From the NCBI RefSeq assembly GCF_964204645.1, contig NC_134025.1, forward strand, positions 13,454,001 to 13,518,000: a stretch of 64,000 nucleotides of DNA. The letters are read 5' to 3'. Both the position numbers and the translations under genes were made by a program. The notes under the pieces were generated by a model. That model was not told where the DNA came from and made no database searches. It was given only the letters and a program-made list of their open reading frames with translations. This DNA is from Tubulanus polymorphus. Its lineage: Eukaryota; Animalia; Nemertea. Of the stretch, positions 41,443-53,800 are shown in pieces. The number at the start of each line of letters is the position of its first letter. Positions within the stretch are counted from its first letter, which is position 1.

Positions 41443-42050
41443 GAATCTAGGTAAAAATTTCCCGGGAAATAATGTCCCCGGAAAATGTGTCCCCGTAAAG
41501 AATGTCCCAGGGAAATATGTCCTACAAGGTAGAAAAAAATTGTCTCAGTCTATCATTACTAATTTAGTAAATTTCACATCAAAATAACACCAGAGAACAA
41601 ACTTGGTAATTGTGTTGAGAATTATAGACCTATTATATAAAAATTTTGGCATTAATTAATTTTGCCCATGAGAACATGTGAACTCATTACATGATATCAA
41701 AAATACATGTATTTTTGATGATATGTCAAATTTAAGAAGATTTTACTATTGAATTGAATGCGCAGTTGCTAAATTACACATCATTAATGGAGAAAATTAT
41801 GAAAAGTTAATGCACAGTTACTTCGATGAAGACGTCAAATTTAAGAAGATTTCAAATCTATAATACAAATAATTATATCAAAATAGAGCCATTATTTGTT
41901 ATGAAATTTTAAAATTGTAATGATAATGTATTACCAAATTTGGTCTCTGGTGTTATGATGATGTGAAATAAACTACATTACCAAGTTAGTAACGAAAGAC
42001 TGGGACATTTTTTCCGGGACATTTATTCGGGGACATTTTTACCGTATACG
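41443..42050. mobile_element. Mutator-like MITE (ATGTCCC repeats)
   Basis: Ends GAATCTAGGTAAAAAT / ATTTTTACCGTATACG; tandem ATGTCCC / GGGACAT repeats in long TIRs; perfect 9-bp TSD GGATTAAGC. Confidence 0.9.
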
Positions 42051-42899
42051 GGATTAAGCACGGGCACTGATTAAACTCGCGTTAAACTGGTCAATTCCTA
42101 TGACAAAATAAAGGTCCAAGTGCCCTGTGGGTCACCATTAAATCATTGAGTGCATATATTGCCAAAATATTATACTAAATATGAATTAATTTGGATTAGA
42201 GATGTATGAGGCTGACAATATATGCTCCTGCGGATGTGTGAGAGTGCTGTGTATACTATAATTGCCTATATATAGACTCGCTCAGGTGATTACTAACACA
42301 CATACTGTAACCTATATTTGCACACACGCAGCTGACTGCTGACGCGCGTATATACAAATGTACTAGCAACGCATTACTAGAAGAATCCATCCATCGACAA
42401 AATGTCAAAAAATACAAACATATACACATACAGACTTTTTTTTCTAGAAATCAAAACAAATATCGGCTATGATTTTTTTCTTAAATATACAAATAAATAC
42501 CGACTTGGAAGACCCCTGCTATTGGTATCTTCGTACTTGCTAGTTCAGATACTGAATTAAACGGCCTACTCGCTTATATTCGTGACAACGAACAAATTAT
42601 AAGCAAACGTACGATACCTAGTCGAATAAAATACTCGCCATTTTGTTTTGGGTTTCACATTAGGCTTTCCCAATGGGCTTTCCCGATGACATCGGAAACG
42701 CGAAATTCCCGGAATTTCCCGTATATCCCACAAACAGCCAATCACATTCATTGTAGCTCAGGTTACAAGGTCAACTCAAATAAATAGAAGCGAGGAAATT
42801 TAGGGGGTTTATAAAGTGAGGGGCTGTAGGTCGAAAAGTACATTGAGATCAGTCGAATTAAAAACCGCGACACTTCCAGGAAGGATTGAACTTTAATAT

Positions 42900-43190
42900 A
42901 TTTCAATTCCAAGCATGCAAATTGTCATATGTAAAAACGTGCCATTACTTAGTGCTAAAAAGCGGGGTTTTTGCGTGTTTTTCAAGAATAAGTCCCCTAA
43001 AAATAACTCGATCACTATGAAATTTTTGTGGGCTCGAGAACTCACTAAGCCAAACCATGACACCAAAAATCAACACTATTGGTTCAACAGCCAATGTTAG
43101 AGCCTTGTTGACACACTGGTACTCTATTCATTTTCAATGAAAACTGCTTCATCAGACCGTTTGCATAGGCAAACCTACGGTTCGCCAAAA
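42900..43190 (-). mobile_element. Probable HINE-type end fragment
   Basis: Terminal GGCAAACCTACGGTTCGCC hairpin followed by an A-run, same architecture as the other HINE ends; partner end not identified. Confidence 0.4.
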
Positions 43191-43429
43191 ACCCATCCAG
43201 GTAAATTCTAAATCTTTCACTCAGTGTGAGTAAAAACTTTGCTTTGCATGTCATTCATTCACTTGTGTTTAGCCGATCCAGTGATAAAAATTTAGAGTAT
43301 ATTATTAAGTTAATATATAGTTATGATACTTGAATCTAGAAGATTTATTGCATTATTAGGCTGGCTGATTTGGTCACAAACAAAAGAAGCTTTTAGCAAA
43401 GCTGTAAATATTTGTATAGCATGAATCAT

Positions 43430-44096
43430 GGTTAGCGGTAAAAATCCCCAATTCTTCAACATAGGTAAAAATCCCCCTCCTGAATGTAGTGTAAGTAGAT
43501 ACAATCTTAAGGTCAATTAATTCATATTATTGATAATTCATATTATTGTGGAACATACAAACCATAGTATATACTATTTGAATTAAAACATACTACAAAT
43601 TAGCAGTTCATTAATACTAGATTAGTACTTAAATTTATCACACAGCTTAATGAAAGGGTTCATCGCACTTATCAAATATATTACTCTAGCTTGAATCTAA
43701 AATATTTAGAATTAAAAGTTCATTATTGCTTATAATTCACGACATTGCACTGCTCAAATATACCACAAGTCAACAAGAGTTCACAGTTCAAAAATATTCC
43801 AGTTCGAATTTTAAGATATTACAAATAAAAAGTTCATTATTCGTGTTAATTCTAACAATTCAGTCTATTCTACTAAGAGTTTACTTAAAGAATTTATCCC
43901 AAAGAAAGATTCCATTGGGCAGTTCAAACACATTTCAGTCTCATTGCAAATGCACAAAATTGGAGAAACATTTTGCTTTGAAATGTTCTTGAAAATCACG
44001 GAGTGGGGATTTTTACCTACTTTGAATATTTGGGGATCTATACCTAGGGGGTTTTTACCCAGGGGATATTTACCTAGGCGATTTTTACCTGCAACC
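43430..44096. mobile_element. Mutator-like MITE (GGTT..AACC family, copy 2)
   Basis: Collinear with 25208-26106; 9-bp flanks ATGAATCAT / ATGAATTAT. Confidence 0.9.
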
Positions 44097-44568
44097 ATGA
44101 ATTATTGCTCCTATTAAAATGCCGACTTCCACATGGCTAGAACTTACCAGGGTATTCCACTGAAGATTTTGTTATTAGCCCACTGTATCTAACACTGATA
44201 TAATAAGTCAGTGTTTTTGTTGATCTTGGCATGTCTACACGAAAACTTTGTATCCCAACCCTAAGGAAGATGACCAGATGGAAATAAATGAAACTTTTGT
44301 GACTGGAGATTCATTCTATTAGAAATATAGAAAATAGACTTTTATAGCTTCCTTGTTTTTGGCCAGATTTTCTTTAAATTTAGAGGGTCAGTTCAATCAT
44401 ATTTCCTTTGTAACAAAAAGTAGGTCCAATTATAAATGGAAATACTATGTTATTTCACCATTCAATACTGCCTGGTGAATGCATGCAGAAACAAATTGCC
44501 TTGAAAATCATTTCAATCATAGAACATCATGATCTTAAACTTTGCTTTTGATTGTGATTACAAAATAT

Positions 44569-45316
44569 GAATCCAGGTAATAATGTTAGAGGTAAAAATG
44601 CCATAGGAAAAATCAAACCATAGGTAAAATGCCAGAGGTAAAAATGCCAGAAGGAAATATGAGGAAAAATTAAGCGAAGAATTTATCAACAATGGACCTG
44701 ATATTCTTATTTACACTAGATTTTATGTAATGAATGCACAGTTTAGATATACTGTGCATAACATATTCCTATGATAATAAAAATTAAAAAAATTAATGAC
44801 AAATTTATCAAATAAAGAGAATCAAAAATTCATAGAATTAAGTCTGACATAAGCAAGAAATTCATTGAAATTATTGATATTCTTATTCGCACAAGATGAT
44901 ATTGAGATACAACATATTCTTAGATCATTGGAAATTAAAAAAAAATGCACATATTCTTATATAATTGAAATAAAAAAGCGAGCATAGTCATGATATATAA
45001 CACATTTCTAAATTAATGAATATTAACAAATGAATGTACTGAGTTTACATATTGAATGCACAGTTCAGATAAAGCATATTTCTAGGTATAATTATAGGTA
45101 TGATAATTAAAATCAAAAAGTTTTTGACAAGCTAGTTTGCTATAATTCATTACATCAAAGCAACAATTCGATGAAAAGTTTATAAGTTTTGATACACTTG
45201 TTGTTTATAATCATTGAATCAATTTACCCTTCCGGCACTTTTACTTCTGGCATTTTTATACCCCTGGCATTTTTACTTCTGGCATTATTACCTATATGGC
45301 ATTATTACCGTGTACC
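44569..45316. mobile_element. Mutator-like MITE (GGTAAAAATGCCAGA family, uninterrupted copy)
   Basis: Ends GAATCCAGGTAA / TTACCGTGTACC; 15-bp tandem repeats in TIRs; perfect 9-bp TSD ACAAAATAT. Confidence 0.9.
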
Positions 45317-45331
45317 ACAAAATATATGCAT

Positions 45332-45520
45332 GGATGTAGGTAAAAATTCCAACTTTTTCAAGAACATTTCAAAGCAAGATATTTCTCCAATATTCATTTG
45401 CGATAAAACTGCAATATATTTGGACTGTGCAATGAAGCTTTTAGTATTAATGAACTTTTTGTTCCTAATATTTCTAAATTCAAACTCTTCAAAAACAAAT
45501 TCAATGAACTTTTAATTTGA
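45332..45520 (-). mobile_element. Partial inverted copy of the GGTT..AACC family right end
   Basis: TTTTCAAGAACATTTCAAAGCAA..TTTCTCCAA is the reverse complement of about 43960-43995. Confidence 0.7.
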
Positions 45521-46328
45521 AATAAAAATTCAAACTGCATTTCATTTACTGTGTTATTAATTACTTAACTTTTTATAGATTTGAACCGCGCGATAAGTTA
45601 GAGCATTAGCAAACATATAATTTGAAATATAGTATTAACCACTGAAGAGTGTATGGAGCGGCGCCCTGAAGTAGGCCTATATAACATAACAATAAAACTA
45701 AGTTTGTTTGGTGATACTTGCCAATAATGAATAAAACGCTGCTTGCACACAAGTTCGTTATGATGTCCCTAAGATAATCATTAATATCCAATCACAAATA
45801 ACAAAATCATCAAGATTCAATGGAAAATCCATTGGTGTATATAGGCGAATCAATTCTCTCGTTAGACCTGCTCATCGATAGCTTATTATTCATCTGTGTA
45901 GAGGCAAACATTGACCTATGAATTATATCTTACGAAGCTAAGCAAGGATAGTCCATGTGTACTTGTGTGATGTTTCCTTTCAACATAATGCAGGCAAATG
46001 ACTTGTCTAAATAGATTTTAATCACTGGGATCGATAAAGTTCGGATCCTACCATTCAATATTGCTGGAAGCCATTACATGAGAAAGCTTAACTGAAAGGA
46101 TTGATTGTGATTGCCATGTACAATCCAAATCTCATATGCTTGTTTGAACAGGTATCTAATCAATATATTGAGAAACAATGAAATCAAACTAGGATACTGT
46201 TGATACTGAATTGTTAGGTGACTACAGGGCAGGAAACAGGTGTAGTCAAATATCATGGACACAAAAGAGTTTTTACAAGCATTCAATTTTTGCGATCGCT
46301 ATTGCCATTTGCACCAATAATGTAAATG

Positions 46329-46535
46329 AAATCGAATGTTGGTAAAAATCCTGTCCCCCGCCCCCGGTAAGAATCCCACAGTTTTGAATATAGTTTTAAA
46401 ACTTATGATATGATATGATTTATTTTCAAGTAAGATTTTACAAAATTAATGAGTAAAGAAATACATTAAAGATGTAATGAAGTATTATCTGTTTTCATTT
46501 AGGTTTTATACTAAGTTTTTACCTACATTCGATTT
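46329..46535. mobile_element. Small MITE related to the GGTAAAAA-TIR elements
   Basis: AAATCGAATGTTGGTAAAAA / TTTTTACCTACATTCGATTT inverted repeat. Confidence 0.6.
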
Positions 46536-46944
46536 ATCAACTACCAGGCACGATTCCAGGTAATGATGCCAGAGGTAAAAATGCCATAGGTAATGATGCC
46601 AGAAGTTAAAGTGCCAGAGGGAAAAATGCCAGAAGGAAATATGAGGAAAATTAAGTGAAGAATTTTTTAACATCGGACCTGATATTCTTATTTACACTAG
46701 ATTTTACGTAATGAATGCACAGTTTAGATTTACATAACATATTCCTATGATAATAAAAATAAAAAAAGGAATGACAAACTTATGAAATAAAGAGATTCAC
46801 AAATTTATGAAATAAAGACTGGCACAAGCAAGAAATTCATTAAGACTATTGATATTCTTATTTGCATTAGATAATATTGAGATAAAACATATTTTTACAT
46901 CATTGGAAATTAAAAAATTAATGCACATATTCTTATATGATTGA

Positions 46945-48171
46945 AACAAAGAGCCCCAAGGGGCACTATGGCCAGCCTGTCAGCTTTTCATAAAATGGCA
47001 AATGATGCATTCTGTGGGTTTAATTTGTCCAAATACACTCCCAGCTCATAGACTAGTCAATCCCAGGCTAATAATTTACACAATTTAATCGTGTTTTCAT
47101 AAGTAGCACAGATAGCGACTGGAGCTGGCAGGAACAAATACCTCAGATAAATCTTTTCCCTTGGTCTTATTGATTTGAATGCGGAATAGAATTGAATTTT
47201 CTAAAATTTGCTCAATAAAATAAAATTGAATTGGATTTGCTGTTTCACCATGTTCAATACAGTAAAAATTGAATTGGATTTGATATAGTTTTTGCAGAAT
47301 AAAATTTGATTGCATTTGCAGAAAGAGCACATGGCTAATTAGCATTTCAAGGTCTTCCATCCGATTCGAGAAAAAGCTATTTTTCCCGGACATTGCACAA
47401 TTGTCAATTATATTTCTGTAGTGCAAATAAAAATATTCCTCCTAAAAACCAAATCAACTAAAGATTTCACAGAAATCGATATTGAAATACAATTTACGAC
47501 TTAAAATAAAACCCAGAAGTAAAACGGTAGACGATACCGCGGGTTCACATGAACACCTGCTGATCTCTGCGGTTAAGCCCAGAGATGAGAACGTCAACCT
47601 ATAAAATCTGCAGTTTTTTTCTTGAGTTACACACACAAACCAGCTGATGGCGTAGCCGCCAGCACTCGCGAGCGCCGAAGGCGCGAAGCCATTTAGGGGG
47701 GTTTCTCCCCCAAGAAAATTTTAGATATTAATAGATAATAGATAATTTAGATAATAATTTCTGAGCACTTAAGGCAATCTTGAACCCATGAACAACTATT
47801 ATATTTTGGAAGGTAATGGCTATTTCCAATATAGCACATCCTCATTCGATGACATTCAAAATTTTTCAATACCGAAATCCGCGGGAAATTCTCATCTCTG
47901 TAAGCCAATCATAGAGGAGTCTTTGCTTTCTGATTGGCTTTTTAAAACAGATATTTTTGCGATCAGATTTTCGCGAAAAAGCTCATATAAATTCTAACGA
48001 GGCCCTCTTTCAAAATTCAGCTTCATGGGGGTTGGATAATGGATAATGCTCTAATGAATGATTTGTATGAATATATGCTCAATTGCACAGTCAAAGAGCC
48101 TTTACTCTGGAAACTATGTCATTTAAATTCGCTCCATTTGTATAGTAATAGGCTCAGCCTATGGCTGGCCT
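46945..48171 (-). mobile_element. Helentron-associated (HINE) element inserted in an A-run
   Basis: GCCCCAAGGGGC hairpin; subTIRs GGCCAGCC / GGCTGGCC; empty site ATTGAAATAAAAAAGCG in the 44569 copy; second copy at 56975-57553. Confidence 0.85.
47580..47900. mobile_element. CAG..CTG TIR element with 6-bp TSD (hAT-like), nested in the HINE
   Basis: Perfect 12-bp TIR CAGAGATGAGAA / TTCTCATCTCTG; TAAGCC at 47574-47579 and 47901-47906; single TAAGCC empty site near 57315 in the paralogous HINE; internal GCGCCGAAGGCGC motif. Confidence 0.9.
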
Positions 48172-48214
48172 AATAAAAAAGCGAACATAGTTAGGATTTA
48201 GAATATATAATGTC

Positions 48215-49160
48215 ATGAAGGTAAAAATGGCTTAAAGGTATTTGGAAGCAGTTTTAATAAATCTGGAGAGTTGTTTCAGTTGTTTCCCTTTATTTTCATC
48301 AGTTGGGTAAATTTGTGCACACTTGCCCTAGTTCTGAAAAATGGTTTTAAGAATTTAGTGTGGATGTTTCGGAAATAAGGGCATCTAATGACATGGTGGA
48401 ATTCTTCCCCGACATCTTCAGTGTCGCAGAGACTACAAATTCTTTCCTCCCTGGGGATTCGATTGTATCTTCGAGTTTCTAATGGTAGTTTATGATTTGA
48501 GCACCAAAAATGGCAAAAAATGATTCTTAAATCCAATGGCAGTGTGGTGAGACAATCTTCAAAGCCCCATTCACTTTTGAAATGTCTATGGTATAAAGCT
48601 GTGTTAGAGTTGTTTAGGGAGTCGTGCCAAAGTTGTATATACTGATCTGTTAAAATATTTGGGTCAGGGGTATTCTGTTTATACCATATTTCACCCATTC
48701 CGTTGGTTTCTAGCACATTTCTTATGAAATCAAGCCATTTACTAGTGTTTCTATCAATTAAACGACGGAGTAGAGTATTATAAATATACAATGATAATTT
48801 GTTAACAGGTTTCTCCAAAAATTTAGCATTCTACTTTTAATAGTAATGGAAAGAGGGAACCGTCCTATTTCACCATAAACAAAAAAGCTTGGTAAGCTTG
48901 GTGTTGACCTTTTTAATTTGAGTAGGTACTTGAAAAAAGTTAATTCTACTCTCTCTAGTCGGTTCTGATTTAGAAATCCCCAAATTTCAAAGCCAAAAGT
49001 TAAAACGGGAACCACCATGCTCTCAAAGAGTTGGAGTGCTAGGTCTATTCCTAGTGAATATTCCTGAACCTTTTTCAATACGAAAAACATGGCTTTTTTG
49101 CATGAGTTTCTAGTGAATCAATACATAGGGATAAACTACCATTATAACGGAGAAAGATGA
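48215..49160 (-). mobile_element. Non-LTR retrotransposon (RTE-X-like) ORF2 C-terminal fragment, frameshifted
   Basis: ORFs 48758-49090 and 48276-48818 carry LFESMVVPVLTFGFEIWG, VYGEIGRFPL, SNHKLPLETRRY and a C-terminal CxxC-x8-H-x4-C finger (CSLCDTEDVGEEFHHVIRC). Confidence 0.88.
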
Positions 49161-50765
49161 ATGCACAGACTTTACATATTGAATGCACAGTTCAGATAAA
49201 GCATATTTCTAGGTATAATGATAGGTATGATAATAAAATCCAAAAGTTTTTGACAAGTTAGTTTGCTGTAATTCATAACATCAAAGCAACAATTCGATGA
49301 ATAGTTTTTAGCTTTTGATATGCTTGTTTCTTATAATCATTGAATCAATTTACCCTTCTCACATAATTTCCTCTGGCATTTTTACCTCTGGCATTTTTAC
49401 ACCCCTGGCATTTTTACTTCTGGCATCATTACCGCGTGCCACCAGGCACTGCCATCTTGGTAATCAAATCATCAAATCGCTCCGCGTGCAAGTTGGTAAA
49501 TCGCAAAAATTTTAAAATGTGAAAAATCAGTGCTTGTAAATGTGTTCCTCCAATCAATCACAAATATTGGTAGTGGGAAAATTTCCTATTTTTTCACATA
49601 CAGGTGCCATTACTACTTTCCTTCCTAAAAAGTCATCATGACTCCCAAAGTAAGGACTGGTAAAATCTAAAATTTCCTGATATATAGCTTTGAACATGAG
49701 ACTTGAGAAAACGCAGATTTTTAGTTTGGGATGAAAATTTTGGCCATCTGTTCCAACAATCGATTCAGCAGTTTCATAACTCATACAAGAGGCAACTGAG
49801 CCTTGATTTCGAGGATGTAGAAGGCATTAGGTACAAAACCCTGAATTATCTGGACAAAGACAGTGTCAAGTTACATTAGTAACATACTTGAAAGGCTCAA
49901 TATTCAAAAGTAGTTCCACTTCATTAATATCCACTCCCCCACTATGAAACATCAGTTATTAAGAATGACAGGATCAATTGTCTCTACACTTGCGTCTACA
50001 TTGGAGATATATTGATTGTGACATTTTCTAACAGAAATACTGGTGTATTCATTGATATTTTCAATCAATTTGTAGCGAATTAAATAGAACATGTATCATA
50101 TTTTATTGATTTTGATAAAGCTGAAACTACTATTCACACATGGGCGCCTTCCTGAAGCCACATACACCATCCATACACAAACAACCTGTTACTGATACCA
50201 TATTTCAGCTTCCTCTAATCGGAAGTTGAACCCAATACATCGCCGCCACCACCGCCGAATGATAATACGAATCCAAACCAATCCACGTACGACAAAGCAA
50301 TCAATTATTCATATGGCCGCCAGGTTTACCGACGAATCATTCATTTTCCATGGTGGCAATCATTTGTACAAACGCGACTAACCCATTTCCGAAATCGTCA
50401 ACATCATTACGCCGACCCAGCAACGATAACTCAAGCGGAAAACCATTATGCAAGCGATCGTTTTCCCGAACGAATGTTCAAACTGTTCAAGCGCGACGAG
50501 TGATTAGCAGGAAACAATACTAATTTGCAGTGAATGTACCTGTAACTGGACATTATTTGTGCTATCATGAGCATAGCCATTTCCGCTCGACTTCATCCAT
50601 TCGTATGCTCAAATGGAGCAGTACATATATTTGCATTGACTAGATTAGTACCTTTATGTATTGACTGGATGCGCACAAAGTATCGTATCAAAGATCAAAT
50701 TATACAGAACCAAATGGATTTTAACATGGTCTCAAACTGATGGCAACGATTTTACGAAAGCTTAC

Positions 50766-50810
50766 CGTTATACAGGAGTCTGCATGATGCAGGAAGGTGG
50801 CATCACCCAT
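50766..50810 (-). CDS. Candidate short first coding exon (MGDATFLHHADSCIT), unverified
   Basis: ATG in strong context (AGGATGG), 15 open codons, then donor ACG|GTAAGC in phase 0; no homology recognised. Confidence 0.3.
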
Positions 50811-53800
50811 CCTGGCAGTAGTAATTTGTTTCTAGATTAAGATTAACTGATTGATGTGTCTTTCTGGTCACTAGCCAGAAGCTGCTTGCGGTGTATTGCT
50901 CATTTTGCCACAGAATTAAATCTATTGGGCACGTTGTTTTCATCCCTTTTGGCAATGGACTAAGTGATAATGATGATGATTTAATGCATTTGGAGCTATC
51001 AGTCAATTAATTCTGCCTAAGTAACATTTAATCAATTCCATGTTTTTAGAGCCATTCAATTCTGATTGAGTAACTTCTAATTAAACCATTTAAGAAATTC
51101 TAGTTCATGTTTTTAGAGCTGTCGGCAATTGGATTTCAACTTTTTTATTTTCTATCATTAAGTAATTCAGAATCGCGTCGATCACATGAGCATTTCAGGC
51201 CTGGACCATACTACATGACAAAAATACAAAACATGTTAGACATCGGCATCATAGCCGCAAGTGACAAATAAGCCTGAAAATCTCACCCGGCTTGTGTTAT
51301 AATCGTGAATCCCTACCATATGGATTCAATTGAAATAAAATAGTCGCCAAATCGTGATTGAGCTGATTAATACAGTTTTGAAATTCAATATCCTTTTATA
51401 TTGCCTAAATTTAATACAAAACAATTATTATGCATCTTAAAATCTGTCCCTTTTGCATATCCCTTTTGGTAATACCCAGTAAATCCGATTTATGGTTTGG
51501 AAAATGTCCTAGAATTTACAATAGATTGCTGTATCCAGATACATCGATACTGAGGAAAGAATTGATTAATTAACTATTCCATTATTATCATCTTATTTCA
51601 TGTCTTATGTCATACTAAAACGTAAAATCGATATTGTATTTATCCTCTCCCTCTCAGTCTCCCTACTCCCGAAAAAATTTCCAAACTCAAGCTCTACCAC
51701 TGAGGGCATGTAAATTGACTACAGCCCTAATCAGAGTGAGATATGACTCCTCAACCATCTGGTTCATTGACCAAGATTTAGTCACTAATTCAGTTGAATG
51801 GTAGACTGCATGACTGACTCTGGTTTTGATAGTTTTATGATGGTGGTCAACTACGTCTTGACTTGACAAATCAAAATTTTCACCACGCACATTCACCCCT
51901 TGGCAGTAGAGCCAATAAACCACTACCAGTTGATGTGTCTCAGCAATAAACACGAGGCTAAATAACAGGGTCAATCCCTATCTTAAGATAGAAAATAAAT
52001 AAATAAGAAATTGATTTAATATCAACTTTATTACAACTTAACAATTTTCAATGCAGTTGAATAGAATACAACAGAGAAGCAGTGGCGCTGGGTATTATGG
52101 TGGCTTTTCGCTCAAACAATCGAAACAAGCTGCGCAAACCATGATGTGTGAGATTTCAGCTGAGTTACCAGCCGCCGAATTTCACCTAGGTGGCTTCTGC
52201 TCTCATCTCCCCTGATTGTCTGTTGTTTCTCCTCCAAGTAGACTTTCCATTTACTAGAAAACTGCATGCATTTTTACCACTTTAATTCACCCAGTCCTTG
52301 TATGTGGCTGGTTTGTGGCGCTCCCCATCCGAGGAACATCTAACGATATCAACCACCCGCTGTCACAGGTTTCAATGGAATATTCATCGAATTTTCAAAA
52401 GTTGCTTTGCATCCGTCATTGGAAATCAGTTGTTGATGACAATATAGACTTCACTAATGTGGAAGTCCACAGTTTCTTATATAACCTATCCTATTTAATC
52501 CTTCTGCCAAAATGCGGATGTACCACTACATGCTTGCTTAACCTCCTCTCATAAAAATTTGAGAAAAATATCTCTTCGAAATATCTCAACGTTGGAGCGT
52601 TGGAGCTACTTTTTCAGCTAAACCTTTCGATCAATTTTACGAGCATTGGTATGACATCATAGATATCAACCAATTAAAATCTAATTTCAAAACACACTGT
52701 AAACCATTATTTTTTCTCATCTTAACATCAACCTAATTTTTATCATTTATATAATAACCAATGATCTAAATCAATCGATAATTTCTTGCATCTTTTATAT
52801 TGTTTTGTTTTCAAATCCTTTTCATTGAAACGCATAATGTGCTTATCACATTTCTAAAACCTTATATAATGCTTTCTTATGAAATAAATTGAATTGAATT
52901 AAACCACCATTGTGTGACCACAGGTTTTCGAACCTGTTGTAATAGCTAGACTGAACTACAACACGAAACCCCTGCCACACTAGACCGGGTACACAGGTTT
53001 GCCGCAATAAAACTTGCAGCACCGATCAGATTGAAACCAGGGTAAACTGCATATGAGAGGGAATAAAGAAATATAACCCCTTTAGGCCACACTTGATTAG
53101 GTTAATTCACATTCATCCTTTATAATGATAATGAACACCAGTCTTCGACCGGAGAAAGATTTGAGTAAAAGATCACTAATCATTTTCTCCAGGAAAAATA
53201 GGCTTAAGAAAACTTTGAAAAAATGTCTTTCTGTTCTAAGGGAAAAAATTGATTTTCCTGAAGATGAAAGTCATCAATTTCCCAGATGAAAGTCATCAAA
53301 AATTCCCTGTGAATATTTCTTTTTTTAAAAGTAAGATTTCTTTTGCCGCTGATATTTTTCCTACTAACAAATGGCCAAAAATTTGATCAAGTACATTTTA
53401 TACTGTACATCACTCAGAATATGCAGTGCACATACATGGCTATCAGTGCTGACTTCCTTATTAATGTGCATCACCAGAGGGAGTGTTCAGGGGTGCAGAC
53501 ATGCTTTTTAAATCCAAGATCTGCATTTATAAGATCCAAAGTTTTTAAAACTTTCTTGCGATTTCATGTTTTGCCTCAAATGCGCAGAAATGCGCCTTTT
53601 TCAAGCTTCGAATTTCAAAAATTATTTGAGAACATATACATAGAACATTCAAATAATTCCAAGGACTCAGAAATGCTCATTTGCTTAAGCGCTCGCCAGA
53701 TATGGTGCAAAATATGTCATATTACATCTGATCCCCTTTTAAAAACCTAGTGTCACCCCTGTTATTTGGTGCTGACTGTGATGTTATGCCGTGCTCCTTG

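Larger units (their letters stand above)
46552..49440. mobile_element. Mutator-like element (same family as 44569-45316) expanded by nested inserts
   Basis: Ends GATTCCAGGTAA / TTACCGCGTGCC; perfect 9-bp TSD ACCAGGCAC (46543-46551, 49441-49449); both arms collinear with 44569-45316. Confidence 0.92.

Noticed and set aside
44575-44655. GGTAAAAATGCC repeats (ORFs with GKNP/SGIF repeats) as a repeat protein or CRISPR
   Set aside because: They are the tandem units of MITE TIRs, inverted at the other end and bounded by 9-bp TSDs
53488-53761. hAT-like element CAGGGGTG..CACCCCTG
   Set aside because: Only an 8-bp inverted match and no TSD; probably a relic but not supportable
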